From an uncultured Solirubrobacterales bacterium (GTDB lineage: Bacteria > Actinomycetota > Thermoleophilia > Solirubrobacterales > Solirubrobacteraceae), in assembly GCA_963706545.1 (NCBI GenBank), contig OY970161.1, positions 3,954,105-4,018,104 on the forward strand: a stretch of DNA of 64,000 nt, written 5' to 3'. The notes under the pieces were generated by a model that made no database searches, was not told where the DNA came from, and saw only the letters and a program-made list of their open reading frames with translations. Shown piece after piece: positions 51,471-61,029 of this stretch (position 1 is the first letter of the stretch; each line of letters opens with the position of its first letter). The translations under genes were made by a program, and so were the position numbers.

Positions 51471-52615
51471 GCGCCGGCCCCCCCGCCATTGGCCGCCTCG
51501 ACCGCGGCCCGCGCCCCCGCGTGCACGATCTCACCCTCGCGCACGACGCAGGCGCCCGCGACGATCTCGTCCTCGAAGTCCAGGTGCAGCGCCCCGTCCT
51601 CGCCCACGAGCAGCTCCAGCAGCGCAAGCACGTTGCGCGCGAACAGCGCCGAGGCGTGCTCGGGCAGGGTGGCCGGGAGGTTGAGCGGCGCGAGGATCGA
51701 CACGTCGTGGCGCACCACCGTCTCCCCCGGCTCGGTCAGCTCGCAGTTGCCCCCCGACTCCCCCGCGAGGTCCACCACCACCGACCCCGGCCGCATCCCC
51801 CGCACAGCGTCCTCGGTCACGAGCCGCGGCGCGGGGCGGCCGGGCACGAGCGCAGTGGTGATGACCACGTCGAAGCCCTTGATCGCCTCCGTCAGCGCCT
51901 GCTGCTGGCGGGCGCGCTCCTCCTCGGTGAGCTCGCGCGCGTAGCCCCCCTCGCCGGCGGCCTCCAGCCCGAGGTCGAGCCACTGGGCGCCCAGCGAGCG
52001 CACCTGCTCGGCCACCTCGGGGCGCACGTCGTAGCCGGTCGTGCGCGCCCCCAGGCGTTTCGCGGTCGCCAGCGCCTGCAGACCGGCCACGCCGGCCCCC
52101 AGCACGAGCACCTTCGCCGGCGGGATCGTACCCGCGGCGGTCATCAACATCGGGTAGAAGCGCCCCATCCGCTCAGCTCCCTCCAGCGCCGCGCGGTAGC
52201 CCGCGACGTTGGACTGCGAGGAGAGCGCGTCCATCGACTGCGCGCGGGAGATGCGCGGGATCGCCTCCATCGCGAGCGCCGTCGCCTTCGCGTCTGCGAG
52301 CGCGCGGGTCGTCTGCGGGCTCGTGAGTGGCGCGAGGAAGCCGACCAGCAGCGAGCCCGCGCCGAGCAGGCCCACCTCGGCCGCGGTGGGTGGGGAGATC
52401 GTGACCACCACGTCGGAGCGCCACACCTCCGCGGCGTCGTCGGTCAACTCCGCGCCGGCGTCCGTGAAAGCACCGTCGGGCAGCAGCGCGGCGGCGCCCG
52501 CCCCGCGCTGCACGAGGACCTCGAGGCCCCGGGCCTTCAGCTTGCCGACCACCTCGGGCACGAGCGCCACCCGGTGCTCGCCCGCCGCGGTCTCCTTCGG
52601 AACGCCAACCCGCAT
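51467..52615 (-). CDS. pntAa: NAD(P) transhydrogenase alpha subunit, NAD(H)-binding domain I
   Basis: VGVPKET, RISRAQSMDALSSQ, RFYPMLMTAAGT, GAGVAGL, ITTALVPG. Confidence 0.95.
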   Translation of the reverse strand: MRVGVPKETAAGEHRVALVPEVVGKLKARGLEVLVQRGAGAAALLPDGAFTDAGAELTDDAAEVWRSDVVVTISPPTAAEVGLLGAGSLLVGFLAPLTSPQTTRALADAKATALAMEAIPRISRAQSMDALSSQSNVAGYRAALEGAERMGRFYPMLMTAAGTIPPAKVLVLGAGVAGLQALATAKRLGARTTGYDVRPEVAEQVRSLGAQWLDLGLEAAGEGGYARELTEEERARQQQALTEAIKGFDVVITTALVPGRPAPRLVTEDAVRGMRPGSVVVDLAGESGGNCELTEPGETVVRHDVSILAPLNLPATLPEHASALFARNVLALLELLVGEDGALHLDFEDEIVAGACVVREGEIVHAGARAAVEAANGGGAGA

Positions 52616-52690
52616 TGAGGGGCGGGAACGTATCCGATCGAGCGGACGCGCGCCACCCCGGTGGACCATCTGCGAGACTCAAAGGACCCC

Positions 52691-53263
52691 ATGACCGTCA
52701 ACCTAACCCGCATCTACACCAAGCTTGGGGACTCCGGCGAGACCCACCTCGGGGACATGAGCCGTGTCTCCAAGCTGCACCCCCGGGTGGAGGCGTACGG
52801 CACGGTGGACGAGCTGAGCGCCACGCTCGGGGTGGCGCTCCTGCAGCCGGAACTGCCGGCGCGCTTCGGGGAGTGGCTGCAGCGCGTGCAGAACGACCTG
52901 CTCGATCTCGGCGCCGACCTCTCAGTGCCCGCCGCCGACGGCGCGGAGCGCGAGCGGCTGCGCCTCACCTCCGCTTACACTACGTGGCTGGAGGAGGCGC
53001 TCGACGAGGTCAACGCCAAGCTCCCCCCGCTGCGCTCCTTCGTGATCCCCGGCGGGACCCCCGCGGCCGCGCACCTGCACGTCTGCCGCACCGTGTGTCG
53101 GCGCGCGGAGCGCCGCGCGCTCGCGGTGCAGGACGCGAACCTGGAGGTCGTGCGCTACCTCAACCGGCTCTCCGATCTGCTCTTCGTCCTCGCGCGCGCC
53201 GCCAACGAGGAGGCCGAGTCTCTGTGGGACCCGGGCGCGCACGGGGCGACGCCAGCGCCCTGA
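52691..53263 (+). CDS. pduO: PduO-type cob(I)alamin adenosyltransferase
   Basis: IYTKLGDSGET, EAYGTVDEL, FVIPGG, RTVCRRAER, YLNRLSDLLFVLAR. Confidence 0.95.
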   Translation: MTVNLTRIYTKLGDSGETHLGDMSRVSKLHPRVEAYGTVDELSATLGVALLQPELPARFGEWLQRVQNDLLDLGADLSVPAADGAERERLRLTSAYTTWLEEALDEVNAKLPPLRSFVIPGGTPAAAHLHVCRTVCRRAERRALAVQDANLEVVRYLNRLSDLLFVLARAANEEAESLWDPGAHGATPAP

Positions 53264-53303
53264 CCACAGCACACTGACCCGGCGCCCGACCCCGCCGGGA
53301 CCG

Positions 53304-54038
53304 TCAGCCTGCGTGGGGAGGGTCCACAGACCCGCGGCGCGACGTAAGTGGCCCGGGCTCATCCCAGGCGCGGCCCATCGCGGCCACAGCCAGCGAGACG
53401 CACAGCGCGGCGAGCAGGTAGCCGCCGAGCACGTCGGAGGGCATGTGCCACGCGAGGATCAGCAGCGAGCAGCCGACCGCGACTGCGACCGCACAGCCGA
53501 GCGCCGCGACCAGCGGACGCAGGCTGTGGGGAGCAACGAGCAGCGCACACAGCACGAGCGTCATCGCCGCGGTCGCGTGACCGCTCGGCCAGGACGCGGG
53601 GCCGATCCACTCCCAGCCGACGCTGTCGTGGGGGTGCGCGAGCAGCGGCTTGAGCAGCTCGGCGAGGCCAGGTGTGGCGAGCGCCACCACCGCCACCGCG
53701 AGCGCCACCCGCGGGCGGCGGCGCAGCAGCGCGACGGCGACCAACAGCAGCGCCCATACGGTGTAGAGCAGAGGATCAAGCAGGTGCAGCAGGTCTTCGG
53801 CAAGCGCGTCGACGCCAGGGCGCCGGAGCCGGGTGAAGTCGTTGAGCAGCACCGCGTCGCGTAGGTGGATCGCAGGGACGAGCTCCGCGAGCGTCCACGT
53901 CGCGGCCATCCCGACCAGGCACAGCCCGGCGGCACGGAGCGCCCACGCGCCCCCCGGCCGGCCGGCGAGCTCGCGCGCCGGCCCGCCCGCGCCGTGTGGC
54001 GCAACGCGCGGCGACGCCGTCAAGGGTGCGCTCGACAT
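53304..54038 (-). CDS. PAP2-family phosphatase
   Basis: LKPLL, SWPSGH, WHMPSDVLGG; multiple TM helices. Confidence 0.85.
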   Translation of the reverse strand: MSSAPLTASPRVAPHGAGGPARELAGRPGGAWALRAAGLCLVGMAATWTLAELVPAIHLRDAVLLNDFTRLRRPGVDALAEDLLHLLDPLLYTVWALLLVAVALLRRRPRVALAVAVVALATPGLAELLKPLLAHPHDSVGWEWIGPASWPSGHATAAMTLVLCALLVAPHSLRPLVAALGCAVAVAVGCSLLILAWHMPSDVLGGYLLAALCVSLAVAAMGRAWDEPGPLTSRRGSVDPPHAG

Positions 54039-54085
54039 ACTCGCCAGAGGGTAGAGGTTCGCCGCGCACCCGCGTCGCGGGCCGC

Positions 54086-55741
54086 TCACCCGATTGGCAA
54101 CGGCGCGCGGGCGAGCGCGGTGAGCGCCTGCGCGGTGACCCACACCGGTGACTGGGCGCTCGTGCGGGAGTAACGCACGCTGCCGTTGGGGGCCACAAGG
54201 CTTTCCAGGTAGCCGAGCGGGGAGCGGCTGCCGCGGTTACGGACGGCTTCCACGTCGAGGCCGGCCGCGACAAGGCCCTGGACGGCCCACGCAGTGGACT
54301 GGGCGTTCGATTCGCCTCCCGGCTGCTCAGGGAAGCCGCCGTCGGGGTTCTGGGCGTGCACGAGGAACGCGACCGCGCGCGAGACGCCCGCGCCGCTGTG
54401 GATGCCCGCGTCAAGGAGCCCCTGTAGGGCGGCGGCGGTGTCGTCCACGTCGGAGGAGCCCCCCCGCTCGGCGAAGTTGAAGCCGCCGTCGGAGTCCTGC
54501 TGTCCGGCGATCCACGCGCCCGCAGCGCGCACGGTGGAGTTGCTCGCCGGGTACCCCGCAGCGCGCAGGGCGAAGACGGCGAACGCCGTGAGGTTGACCT
54601 GGTTGGAGAAGGACCCGTCGGCGGCGCGGTATCCCAACAGCCCCGCCAGCAGGTTCTTGCCGGCCAGCGAGGTCACGGGGGCTCCGCAGGCGCGCAGTGC
54701 GAGCATCGTGCGCTCGAGGTCGCCGGGTCCTTCGAGAGTGCCGGCCTGCGCGCGCAGCGCTTCGAGCACCGTGTGGCCGTCGCGGCGCACGCTCTGCGGG
54801 GGGCGCCCGGCGGCCGCTAGGCCCAGCGCCGCCCACGCCGAGTACAGCTCGCTGGGGGGCTGCCCCGCCGCGGCGCCCCACCCCCCGTCGGAGTCCTGCG
54901 CGGAGGCGAGGTAGCCAAGCTCGGGGGAGACGTTCACGCGTGCAGCGGAGGCGGTGGCCACGGCGAAGAGCGGGGTCGAGGAGAGGCCCACGGGAGAGAC
55001 GAACAAGGAGGCCGTCGCCGTGGGAGCGCCGACCGGGCGCAGGACGTCGGCGCGGGCTGACCCGCCGCCCGCCAGCAAAGCGCCGGCAAGACCAAGCGCG
55101 AAGGCCAGCAGCGCGGGCACGCCGGCGCCGGAGGCCTCCCAGCGGACGTCCATGCGGGCACGCATCCGGATCAGCACCCGCGCGAGCTCGGGCGCGAAGG
55201 CGAGGCCAAAGAGGAACGAGGCGCCGGCGTCCACGAGGTTGAAGGAGAGCGCGGTCGCCCCGGCGATGAGCAAGAAGGCGGCGAGGGTGTGGGTGGCGCC
55301 GAGGGTCCACGTGTACACGTTCATGACCTCCGTGGCAGCGAGTGCGGCGAGGCCGCAGGCGAGTGCCAGGGGCAGGCGCCCGAGGCGCCTGCCGGTGAGC
55401 CGCCCCAGGACGGCGCCCGCCACGCCGACCATCCCCCAGGCGGCCATCTGCCAGGGGGTGTAGGGACCCTGGCCGAGCATGACGTTGGAGGCGAGCATCC
55501 CGATGGCCCCCACGGCGAAGCCGGGGAGAGGCCCGAGCACGTAACCGACGACGAGCACGATCGCGGTAATCGGCTTGACTTCAGGGAGCGCCACGAACGC
55601 GTCGCGCCCGAGCGCGGCCACGGCGGCAAGGGTTGCGACGACGGCCACCATCCGTGCGGAGGGCTGGGAGCGCTCGTAGGCGAGCCAGCCGGCGAGCAGC
55701 ACGAGGCCGACGATCAGGAAGGTGGCGAGCGGCCAGCTCAT
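54086..55741 (-). CDS. ECF S component (CbrT-like) fused to a prenyltransferase/squalene-cyclase-like alpha/alpha-barrel domain
   Basis: N-terminus VKPITAIV, GFAVGA, GQGPYTPWQM; C-terminal repeats AQDSDGGWG, QQDSDGGFN, AQNPDGGF. ATG 55741 overlaps the upstream stop. Confidence 0.85.
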   Translation of the reverse strand: MSWPLATFLIVGLVLLAGWLAYERSQPSARMVAVVATLAAVAALGRDAFVALPEVKPITAIVLVVGYVLGPLPGFAVGAIGMLASNVMLGQGPYTPWQMAAWGMVGVAGAVLGRLTGRRLGRLPLALACGLAALAATEVMNVYTWTLGATHTLAAFLLIAGATALSFNLVDAGASFLFGLAFAPELARVLIRMRARMDVRWEASGAGVPALLAFALGLAGALLAGGGSARADVLRPVGAPTATASLFVSPVGLSSTPLFAVATASAARVNVSPELGYLASAQDSDGGWGAAAGQPPSELYSAWAALGLAAAGRPPQSVRRDGHTVLEALRAQAGTLEGPGDLERTMLALRACGAPVTSLAGKNLLAGLLGYRAADGSFSNQVNLTAFAVFALRAAGYPASNSTVRAAGAWIAGQQDSDGGFNFAERGGSSDVDDTAAALQGLLDAGIHSGAGVSRAVAFLVHAQNPDGGFPEQPGGESNAQSTAWAVQGLVAAGLDVEAVRNRGSRSPLGYLESLVAPNGSVRYSRTSAQSPVWVTAQALTALARAPLPIG

Positions 55742-57474
55742 CCGGCCAACTCCAGCACCGCGTGGGCGTCGGCAGCGCGGCGCGCGAGCAACCCCGCGCC
55801 CTCCTCGGGCGCCAGCGCGCCCCCGGCGCCACCGAGGATGCGGGCGGTCTCGGTCGCGAAGTACCACCCGCCGGCGAGCAGCTCCGCGGCGGGGCCGTCG
55901 GCGATCACGCGCCCGTCGGCGAGCAGCACCGCGCGGACGGCGCACGCGCACGCGAACTCGGGGTCGTGGGTGGCGACCACCACCGCCTGACCGCGGGCGG
56001 CGCGGCGGCGCAACTCCTCAGCGAGCAGGGCCTTGGCGTGGCGGTCCATCCCACGGGTGGGCTCGTCGAGCGCGAGCACCGCGGGCTCCTCGCCCCCGTC
56101 GGTGACGATGGCGAGCGCGAGCCGCTGGCGCTCCCCGCCGGAGAGGTCGCGGGGGTTGCGCGCCCCCTCCTCCGCGAGGCCGGCTAGCGCAAGCGCGCGA
56201 GGGGAAGCCTCGCGGTCGAGGCGGTCGTGGAGGAAGTAGTCAGAGGGGTTCTGCAGCAGCAGCGCGACGCGCCCCGCCCGCTCGACGCGCCCGCGGGTGG
56301 GCTCCAGCAGCCCGGCTGCGTGGCGCAACAGCGTGGACTTGCCGGCGCCGTTGCGTCCCATCAGGGCGACGGTCTCGCCGGGCTCCACGCGCAGCTCGGC
56401 GCCGCGCAAGATCGCGGGGCCGCGGTGGAGCTCGTGCCACACGCCGCGCAGGTGGAGCGCCGGAGCGGGGCGGGTGTCTCGGCGGAGCAGGCGGCGGCCG
56501 AGGGACGGCACGGCGGAAGGCCCACTGGGAGCGACGGGTCCCGGGGCGGACGTGGGTGTGGCCGACGCAGGTGTGGCCCCCTGCCTGCGGTTGTCCACTG
56601 CGGTCGCTACGACGGCAGGGGGCGCCTGGGAGCATACTCCCTCAGCAGACAACAGTCCGCGGTCACGCAGCGTGGCGCGCGCCTGCTTGACACCCACCGG
56701 CGGGGGGTCGAGCCCGGCGAGCGCGAACAGACGGGCGCCGGGGGTCTGCAGTGCGGGCTCCTCGCGCCCGGCCCACTCCAGGAACGCGCGGGGGTCGCCG
56801 TCGTGCACGAGGCGCCCCCCGCGCAGAGCGAGCACGCGGTCGGCGGCCGGCAGGCAGCGCTCGAGGCGGTGCTCGGCGAGCAGCACGGTGACGTCCCACT
56901 CCTGGTTGAGGCGGCGCAGCAGCCCGAGCAGCTCGTCCCCGGCGACAGGGTCGAGCTGGGAGGTGGGCTCGTCGAGCAGCAGCACCGGCGGGCGGCCCGC
57001 GAGCGCGGCGCCGAGCGCGACGCGCTGCTGCTCCCCACCGGAGAGCGTGTGCGCGGGGCGGTCCAGCAGGTGGTCCACACCGAGCGCGAGCGCCGCCTCC
57101 TCGACCCCGCGCGCGACCGCCGCCGCGCCGTGTCCGCGAGTCTCCAGCGCAAGCGCGAGCTCAGCGCGCACGGAGCTCATCACGAGCTGCGTCTCGGGGT
57201 CCTGGAAGAGCGCGCCCGCAAGCGTCCCGAGGCGCGCGGGCCCGTGCTCGCGCGTGTCGAGGCCCGCGAGCTCCACGCGCCCCGCGAAGCGCCCGCCGTG
57301 GAAGTGCGGCACCAGCCCACAGGCAGCGCGCAACAGCGTGGACTTGCCCTCCCCGGAGAGGCCGGCGAGCAGGCAGAACTCGCCCGCCGCCACCTCGAAG
57401 GACACGTCCTCCAGAGCAGGACGGTCCGCGGCGGGGTAGTGGTACGTGACGTCGTGAAAAGAGAGGACGTTCAT
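55738..57474 (-). CDS. ECF ATP-binding protein with two fused ABC domains
   Basis: GLSGEGKST / LSGGEQQR / LDEPT, then GRNGAGKST / LSGGERQR / LDEPTRGMD. Confidence 0.93.
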   Translation of the reverse strand: MNVLSFHDVTYHYPAADRPALEDVSFEVAAGEFCLLAGLSGEGKSTLLRAACGLVPHFHGGRFAGRVELAGLDTREHGPARLGTLAGALFQDPETQLVMSSVRAELALALETRGHGAAAVARGVEEAALALGVDHLLDRPAHTLSGGEQQRVALGAALAGRPPVLLLDEPTSQLDPVAGDELLGLLRRLNQEWDVTVLLAEHRLERCLPAADRVLALRGGRLVHDGDPRAFLEWAGREEPALQTPGARLFALAGLDPPPVGVKQARATLRDRGLLSAEGVCSQAPPAVVATAVDNRRQGATPASATPTSAPGPVAPSGPSAVPSLGRRLLRRDTRPAPALHLRGVWHELHRGPAILRGAELRVEPGETVALMGRNGAGKSTLLRHAAGLLEPTRGRVERAGRVALLLQNPSDYFLHDRLDREASPRALALAGLAEEGARNPRDLSGGERQRLALAIVTDGGEEPAVLALDEPTRGMDRHAKALLAEELRRRAARGQAVVVATHDPEFACACAVRAVLLADGRVIADGPAAELLAGGWYFATETARILGGAGGALAPEEGAGLLARRAADAHAVLELAG

Positions 57475-57568
57475 GAGAGATCGTCCGCGCGGGTGAGTGC
57501 CGCACCGAGGTGGTGTGGGCGGGGCGTCCTACCCCGCCACCCTGCGTCGCGCTTCGGCCCAAGCGTCT

Positions 57569-58504
57569 TCACAGCTCGACCCCCCGGCGGTCACAGAACG
57601 GCAGCAGCACCGCGAGCACGAGCGCCGCGCAGAGCGCGCACAGGCCGAGGCCGACGGGGGCGTGCACCAGCGGGTATGCGGTGAACGAGGCGGCGCCACC
57701 AAGCCGCGCGAGCAGCGCGAGCGCGAGAACGGCCGCCCCGGAGGCGGCGAAGGCGAGGTCGTGGCGCGACCACGGCCGCTGCACGCGCGGGGCCCGGGGG
57801 GCAGCGGCGAAGCCGCGGAGCTCGAGCGTGGCGGCGACGTCCATCGCGCGGTCGAGTGAGCCGGCGAGCACCGCGCTGAGCAGTGCGACGCGCCCACGGG
57901 CGCCGCCGGCCGCCCGCCGAACGGCCCCACCGCTGGGCGATCCTCCCGCGGGCCCACCGCCGGGGCGGGTGCGCTGCGCCTCGGCGAGGCGGTGGGCGTC
58001 GGCGGCGAGCAGGGGAATCATGCGCACCGCAAGCGAGGCGGTGAGCGCCGAGCGGAAGGAGAGGCGGCGGAAGATCCGCAGCAGCGCGTCGGGGTCCACC
58101 GCAAGGCTCGCGAGCGCGGAGGCGAGGATCAGGATCGTGACCTTCAGCGCGACCACCGCGCCGAACACGAGCGCCTCGACCGTCAGGTCGCCCTGTCCGA
58201 AGGGGCCGAGGTCACCGAGCCGTGCCAACACGGTGAGGCCCTCGCGGGAGACGAGCACGTTGACCGCGACGATCGGCAGCCCCACGATCAGCGCCACGCG
58301 CAGGGCGCGCGTGAGCTCACGGCCGACCCCCGCCCCCCAGCCGGCGCCGAGGATCGCGAGCACGAGCACGGCGAGCGCGAGAGGGTGGTAGAGCAGCAGC
58401 GTGGCCGCTGTGAGCGCGAGCGCCCACAGCGCAGCGACCCCGGCACGTGTCGCGTGCAGCGGGCTCGCGAGGGGGCGGTACAGGAGCAGCCCGGCGCGGT
58501 TCAT
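57569..58504 (-). CDS. ECF transmembrane T component (CbiQ/EcfT family)
   Basis: PLHATRA, TM helices, C-terminal A..LELRGF coupling-helix motif. Confidence 0.88.
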   Translation of the reverse strand: MNRAGLLLYRPLASPLHATRAGVAALWALALTAATLLLYHPLALAVLVLAILGAGWGAGVGRELTRALRVALIVGLPIVAVNVLVSREGLTVLARLGDLGPFGQGDLTVEALVFGAVVALKVTILILASALASLAVDPDALLRIFRRLSFRSALTASLAVRMIPLLAADAHRLAEAQRTRPGGGPAGGSPSGGAVRRAAGGARGRVALLSAVLAGSLDRAMDVAATLELRGFAAAPRAPRVQRPWSRHDLAFAASGAAVLALALLARLGGAASFTAYPLVHAPVGLGLCALCAALVLAVLLPFCDRRGVEL

Positions 58505-58623
58505 GGGACGGAGCTCGGTTGGGGCAGCACGGCGCGGTTCACGGGCTCGGGCTCGGCTGGGGCAGGGGCAGCACGGCGCGGTTCACGGGCTCGGGCTCGG
58601 CTGGGGCAGGGGCAGCACGGCGC
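58501..58623. repeat. 44 bp tandem duplication at the junction between the lipoprotein gene and ecfT
   Basis: Unit ggggcagcacggcgcggttcacgggctcgggctcggctggggca at 58521-58564 and 58565-58608, then a partial third copy. Confidence 0.9.
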
Positions 58624-59539
58624 CCGTGGCAGTCACCGCGACGGCGAAACGGTCGCGCAGCGCCGCTTCGTCGAGGGCGTGCGCGGCCAGGGCCACGCCG
58701 GCGGCGTCGGTGCCGGTGAGGACCCATTCGGGGTCCCCTTCGCCGGCGCGGGTGGCGGCGATCAGTCCGGCGCTGCCTGTGAGTGTGCGCACGGTGGCAC
58801 CCGAGGCGTCGAGCAGCGCGAGCGCGCGCCCCGAGGGGGCTACGCGCGCGTACACCCCGCTCGCGCGGGGGCCGCGTTCGAGCGACTGCGAGTTGAAGTC
58901 GCCACGCACCTGCGGCCACGTGCCGACGAGCAGGCGCAGCGTGTCGGGCTCCCCGGCGGGCGCCGGCGCGGCGAGCGCAAAGCGCACCCCCGCGGCACGC
59001 AGGTGGGCGCGAACCGTGAGGCAGGGGTTGCCTTCGGGCTGCGTGCATTCCACGCGAACCGGCTGGCGCAGCCCTTCGAGCCCGTACAGGAACGGCTCGG
59101 GGTAGGAGCCGACGACGGCCGGTATTTCATCGGTCTGGCTCCAGTCGTGCAGGTCCCACCACACGCGGTCCCCCGGGTGCACGTTCGTCTCGGCCGCGCC
59201 CTTGGACGCCTGCACGCCGTTGACGTAGTAAAACCAGTCGGCCGGTTCCCCGCCTTCGGAGCCGCCGGAGTGCCCCGCGATGCTCTCCACGAAACCGCCG
59301 CCGTAGCGGGTGCTGACGGCGGCGTTGCGCTCCAGCAGGCTCATCACCGTCTCCTGGCCCTGCACGCGGGGGGCGCGCAGGGCGAGCACGGGCTGCACCC
59401 CGAAGTCGCGCGTGACGTCCAGGCGCACCCCGCCGGGCGTGGGCCCCGCACCGAGGCCGCAGCCGGCGAGCAGGACGGCGGCCGGTGCGGCGAGCCACAC
59501 GCGCCACCGACCGCCGCCCCGGTGTCTCCTACTTGACAT
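58583..59539 (-). CDS. DUF4430 (transcobalamin beta-domain-like) lipoprotein
   Basis: VLLAGC lipobox; TVMSLL..., YGGGFVESIAG, DWFYYVNGV...G......PGDRVWW. Confidence 0.8.
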   Translation of the reverse strand: MSSRRHRGGGRWRVWLAAPAAVLLAGCGLGAGPTPGGVRLDVTRDFGVQPVLALRAPRVQGQETVMSLLERNAAVSTRYGGGFVESIAGHSGGSEGGEPADWFYYVNGVQASKGAAETNVHPGDRVWWDLHDWSQTDEIPAVVGSYPEPFLYGLEGLRQPVRVECTQPEGNPCLTVRAHLRAAGVRFALAAPAPAGEPDTLRLLVGTWPQVRGDFNSQSLERGPRASGVYARVAPSGRALALLDASGATVRTLTGSAGLIAATRAGEGDPEWVLTGTDAAGVALAAHALDEAALRDRFAVAVTATGAVLPLPQPSPSP

Positions 59540-60812
59540 AGAAGACGACGTGACTCACTCCGTCCGCGAGCTGTGTGGCGTGACCCGCATCGTCCAAGGC
59601 CTCGACGTCGTAGACGTACCGACCCGCGGGCAGCCGGGCCGGGAGCAGGTAGCTGAACGAGGTCGTGTCGGCCACGTCGAAGAAGCGTGTCGTGTGGCAG
59701 CCGGCACGCACGAAGGCTCCCCTGCGCCCGCTGAACGCGAAGCAGCGGTGGTGGACGCTGCGCGTGAGCGCGATGCGCACCTCGTGGAGCGTGTCCCCGG
59801 CGGGGATTTCGACGCTTCCTCCGAGGATGCGAGGAGCCGCGCGACGGGAGTAGACGCGACCACTCACGACTCCGCCCGCACGGGCCACCTCCGGAGGCGG
59901 CGGAGGCCCGGTGCTGGGGCCCAGTGGACCGCCGCAGGAGGACGTTGCCGCACAGAGGACGCACGTGGACGCCGTTGCACAGGCGACCGTGGTTCCGCAG
60001 GTGCCGTCGTTGCCGTTGTGGACGCACACGACCAAGCCACCCGAGCGCACTGATTCGGCCTGTGTGGCCTTGAGCGTCACGGTCCCCGTGTGGGCGAGCG
60101 CGATCGTGGCGTTGCCGTTCGCGTCGGTCGTGGGGCTGGCGGGGATCGGGGTCGTGACGCCCGCGAACACTTCGCCGATCGCGGCGCCCGCGATCGGCTG
60201 GCCGGTCTGCCCGTCGACGACGTGCACGGAGAAGGGCGTGCCGGCGTCGACGCTCGCGGGACCGGTCAGGCTCAGCAGGTGGTGCAGGTTGAAGTAGTTG
60301 TAGGCCCACAGCACTTCGCTGCCGGGGGCGAGTGCGATCTGGCAGCCACCCACGGGCGCGGTCGTGTCGTTGACTGCATAGCCCCACGAGTCGTAGGGGG
60401 GTGACGTTTCGTTTTCGTCTGAGCCGACCTGAGTGACGAGGAAGTCCCCCGGATTTTCGTTTTCTTTGGCGCCCGAGCCGAACCATTCGGCGTTGAAGGC
60501 AAGCCCGTTCGCACGCGCCGCGTCGCGCAGCGCTGTGGTCGGCGTACCGCTGGCGCTGCCACCGTTGGCTTCGCGCCCACCGAAGCCGTTTTCCGAGTAG
60601 TCGCACGGGTGGGGACCTTTGCTGGAGAGCGTTTCGAACGTTTCGCCCTGGGTCGCGATTTCTCCTTCGAAGAGCGTCTCGGTCGGACCCTCGACGCGCA
60701 GCTTGACTGTGACCGGCGCCGCAAGCGCGGTCGCGCACGAGACCAGCACTGCAAGGAGACCAATGAGGACGCCGGCGAGCGTCGGGCGGGTACGAGGAGC
60801 GATGACGAGCAT
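59529..60812 (-). CDS. Secreted protein with a DUF4430-like N-terminal domain and Ig-like C-terminal domains
   Basis: Signal peptide, V.LRVEG..ETLFEG, SWGYAVND..A.VGGC...L.PG.EVLWAY; first gene after the riboswitch. Confidence 0.7.
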   Translation of the reverse strand: MLVIAPRTRPTLAGVLIGLLAVLVSCATALAAPVTVKLRVEGPTETLFEGEIATQGETFETLSSKGPHPCDYSENGFGGREANGGSASGTPTTALRDAARANGLAFNAEWFGSGAKENENPGDFLVTQVGSDENETSPPYDSWGYAVNDTTAPVGGCQIALAPGSEVLWAYNYFNLHHLLSLTGPASVDAGTPFSVHVVDGQTGQPIAGAAIGEVFAGVTTPIPASPTTDANGNATIALAHTGTVTLKATQAESVRSGGLVVCVHNGNDGTCGTTVACATASTCVLCAATSSCGGPLGPSTGPPPPPEVARAGGVVSGRVYSRRAAPRILGGSVEIPAGDTLHEVRIALTRSVHHRCFAFSGRRGAFVRAGCHTTRFFDVADTTSFSYLLPARLPAGRYVYDVEALDDAGHATQLADGVSHVVFYVK

Positions 60813-60854
60813 GGAGCCAACCCCTTTCCACGAGGGCTTGTGGGCTTGCGGCCG

Positions 60855-61020
60855 GAGGCAGGTCTCCTGGCTCCCGGGCCTACCCCTCGCGCCTTCCCGA
60901 TGGCCGACGGCCGATCAGTGGCTCGCGCTTCGACGCGCGTAGCGGGGGGCATCCCCGGTCACAGTGGCGGGTCCGCGCCGGACTCTCACCGGCTTCCCTC
61001 GACCACCGACCGTATGAACG
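60855..61020 (-). ncRNA. Cobalamin riboswitch
   Basis: Minus strand reads agggaagccggtgagagtccggcgcggacccgccactgt ... gccactg ... gggaagg ... gagccaggagacctgcc (B12 box). Confidence 0.95.
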
Positions 61021-61029
61021 GGACAGATA

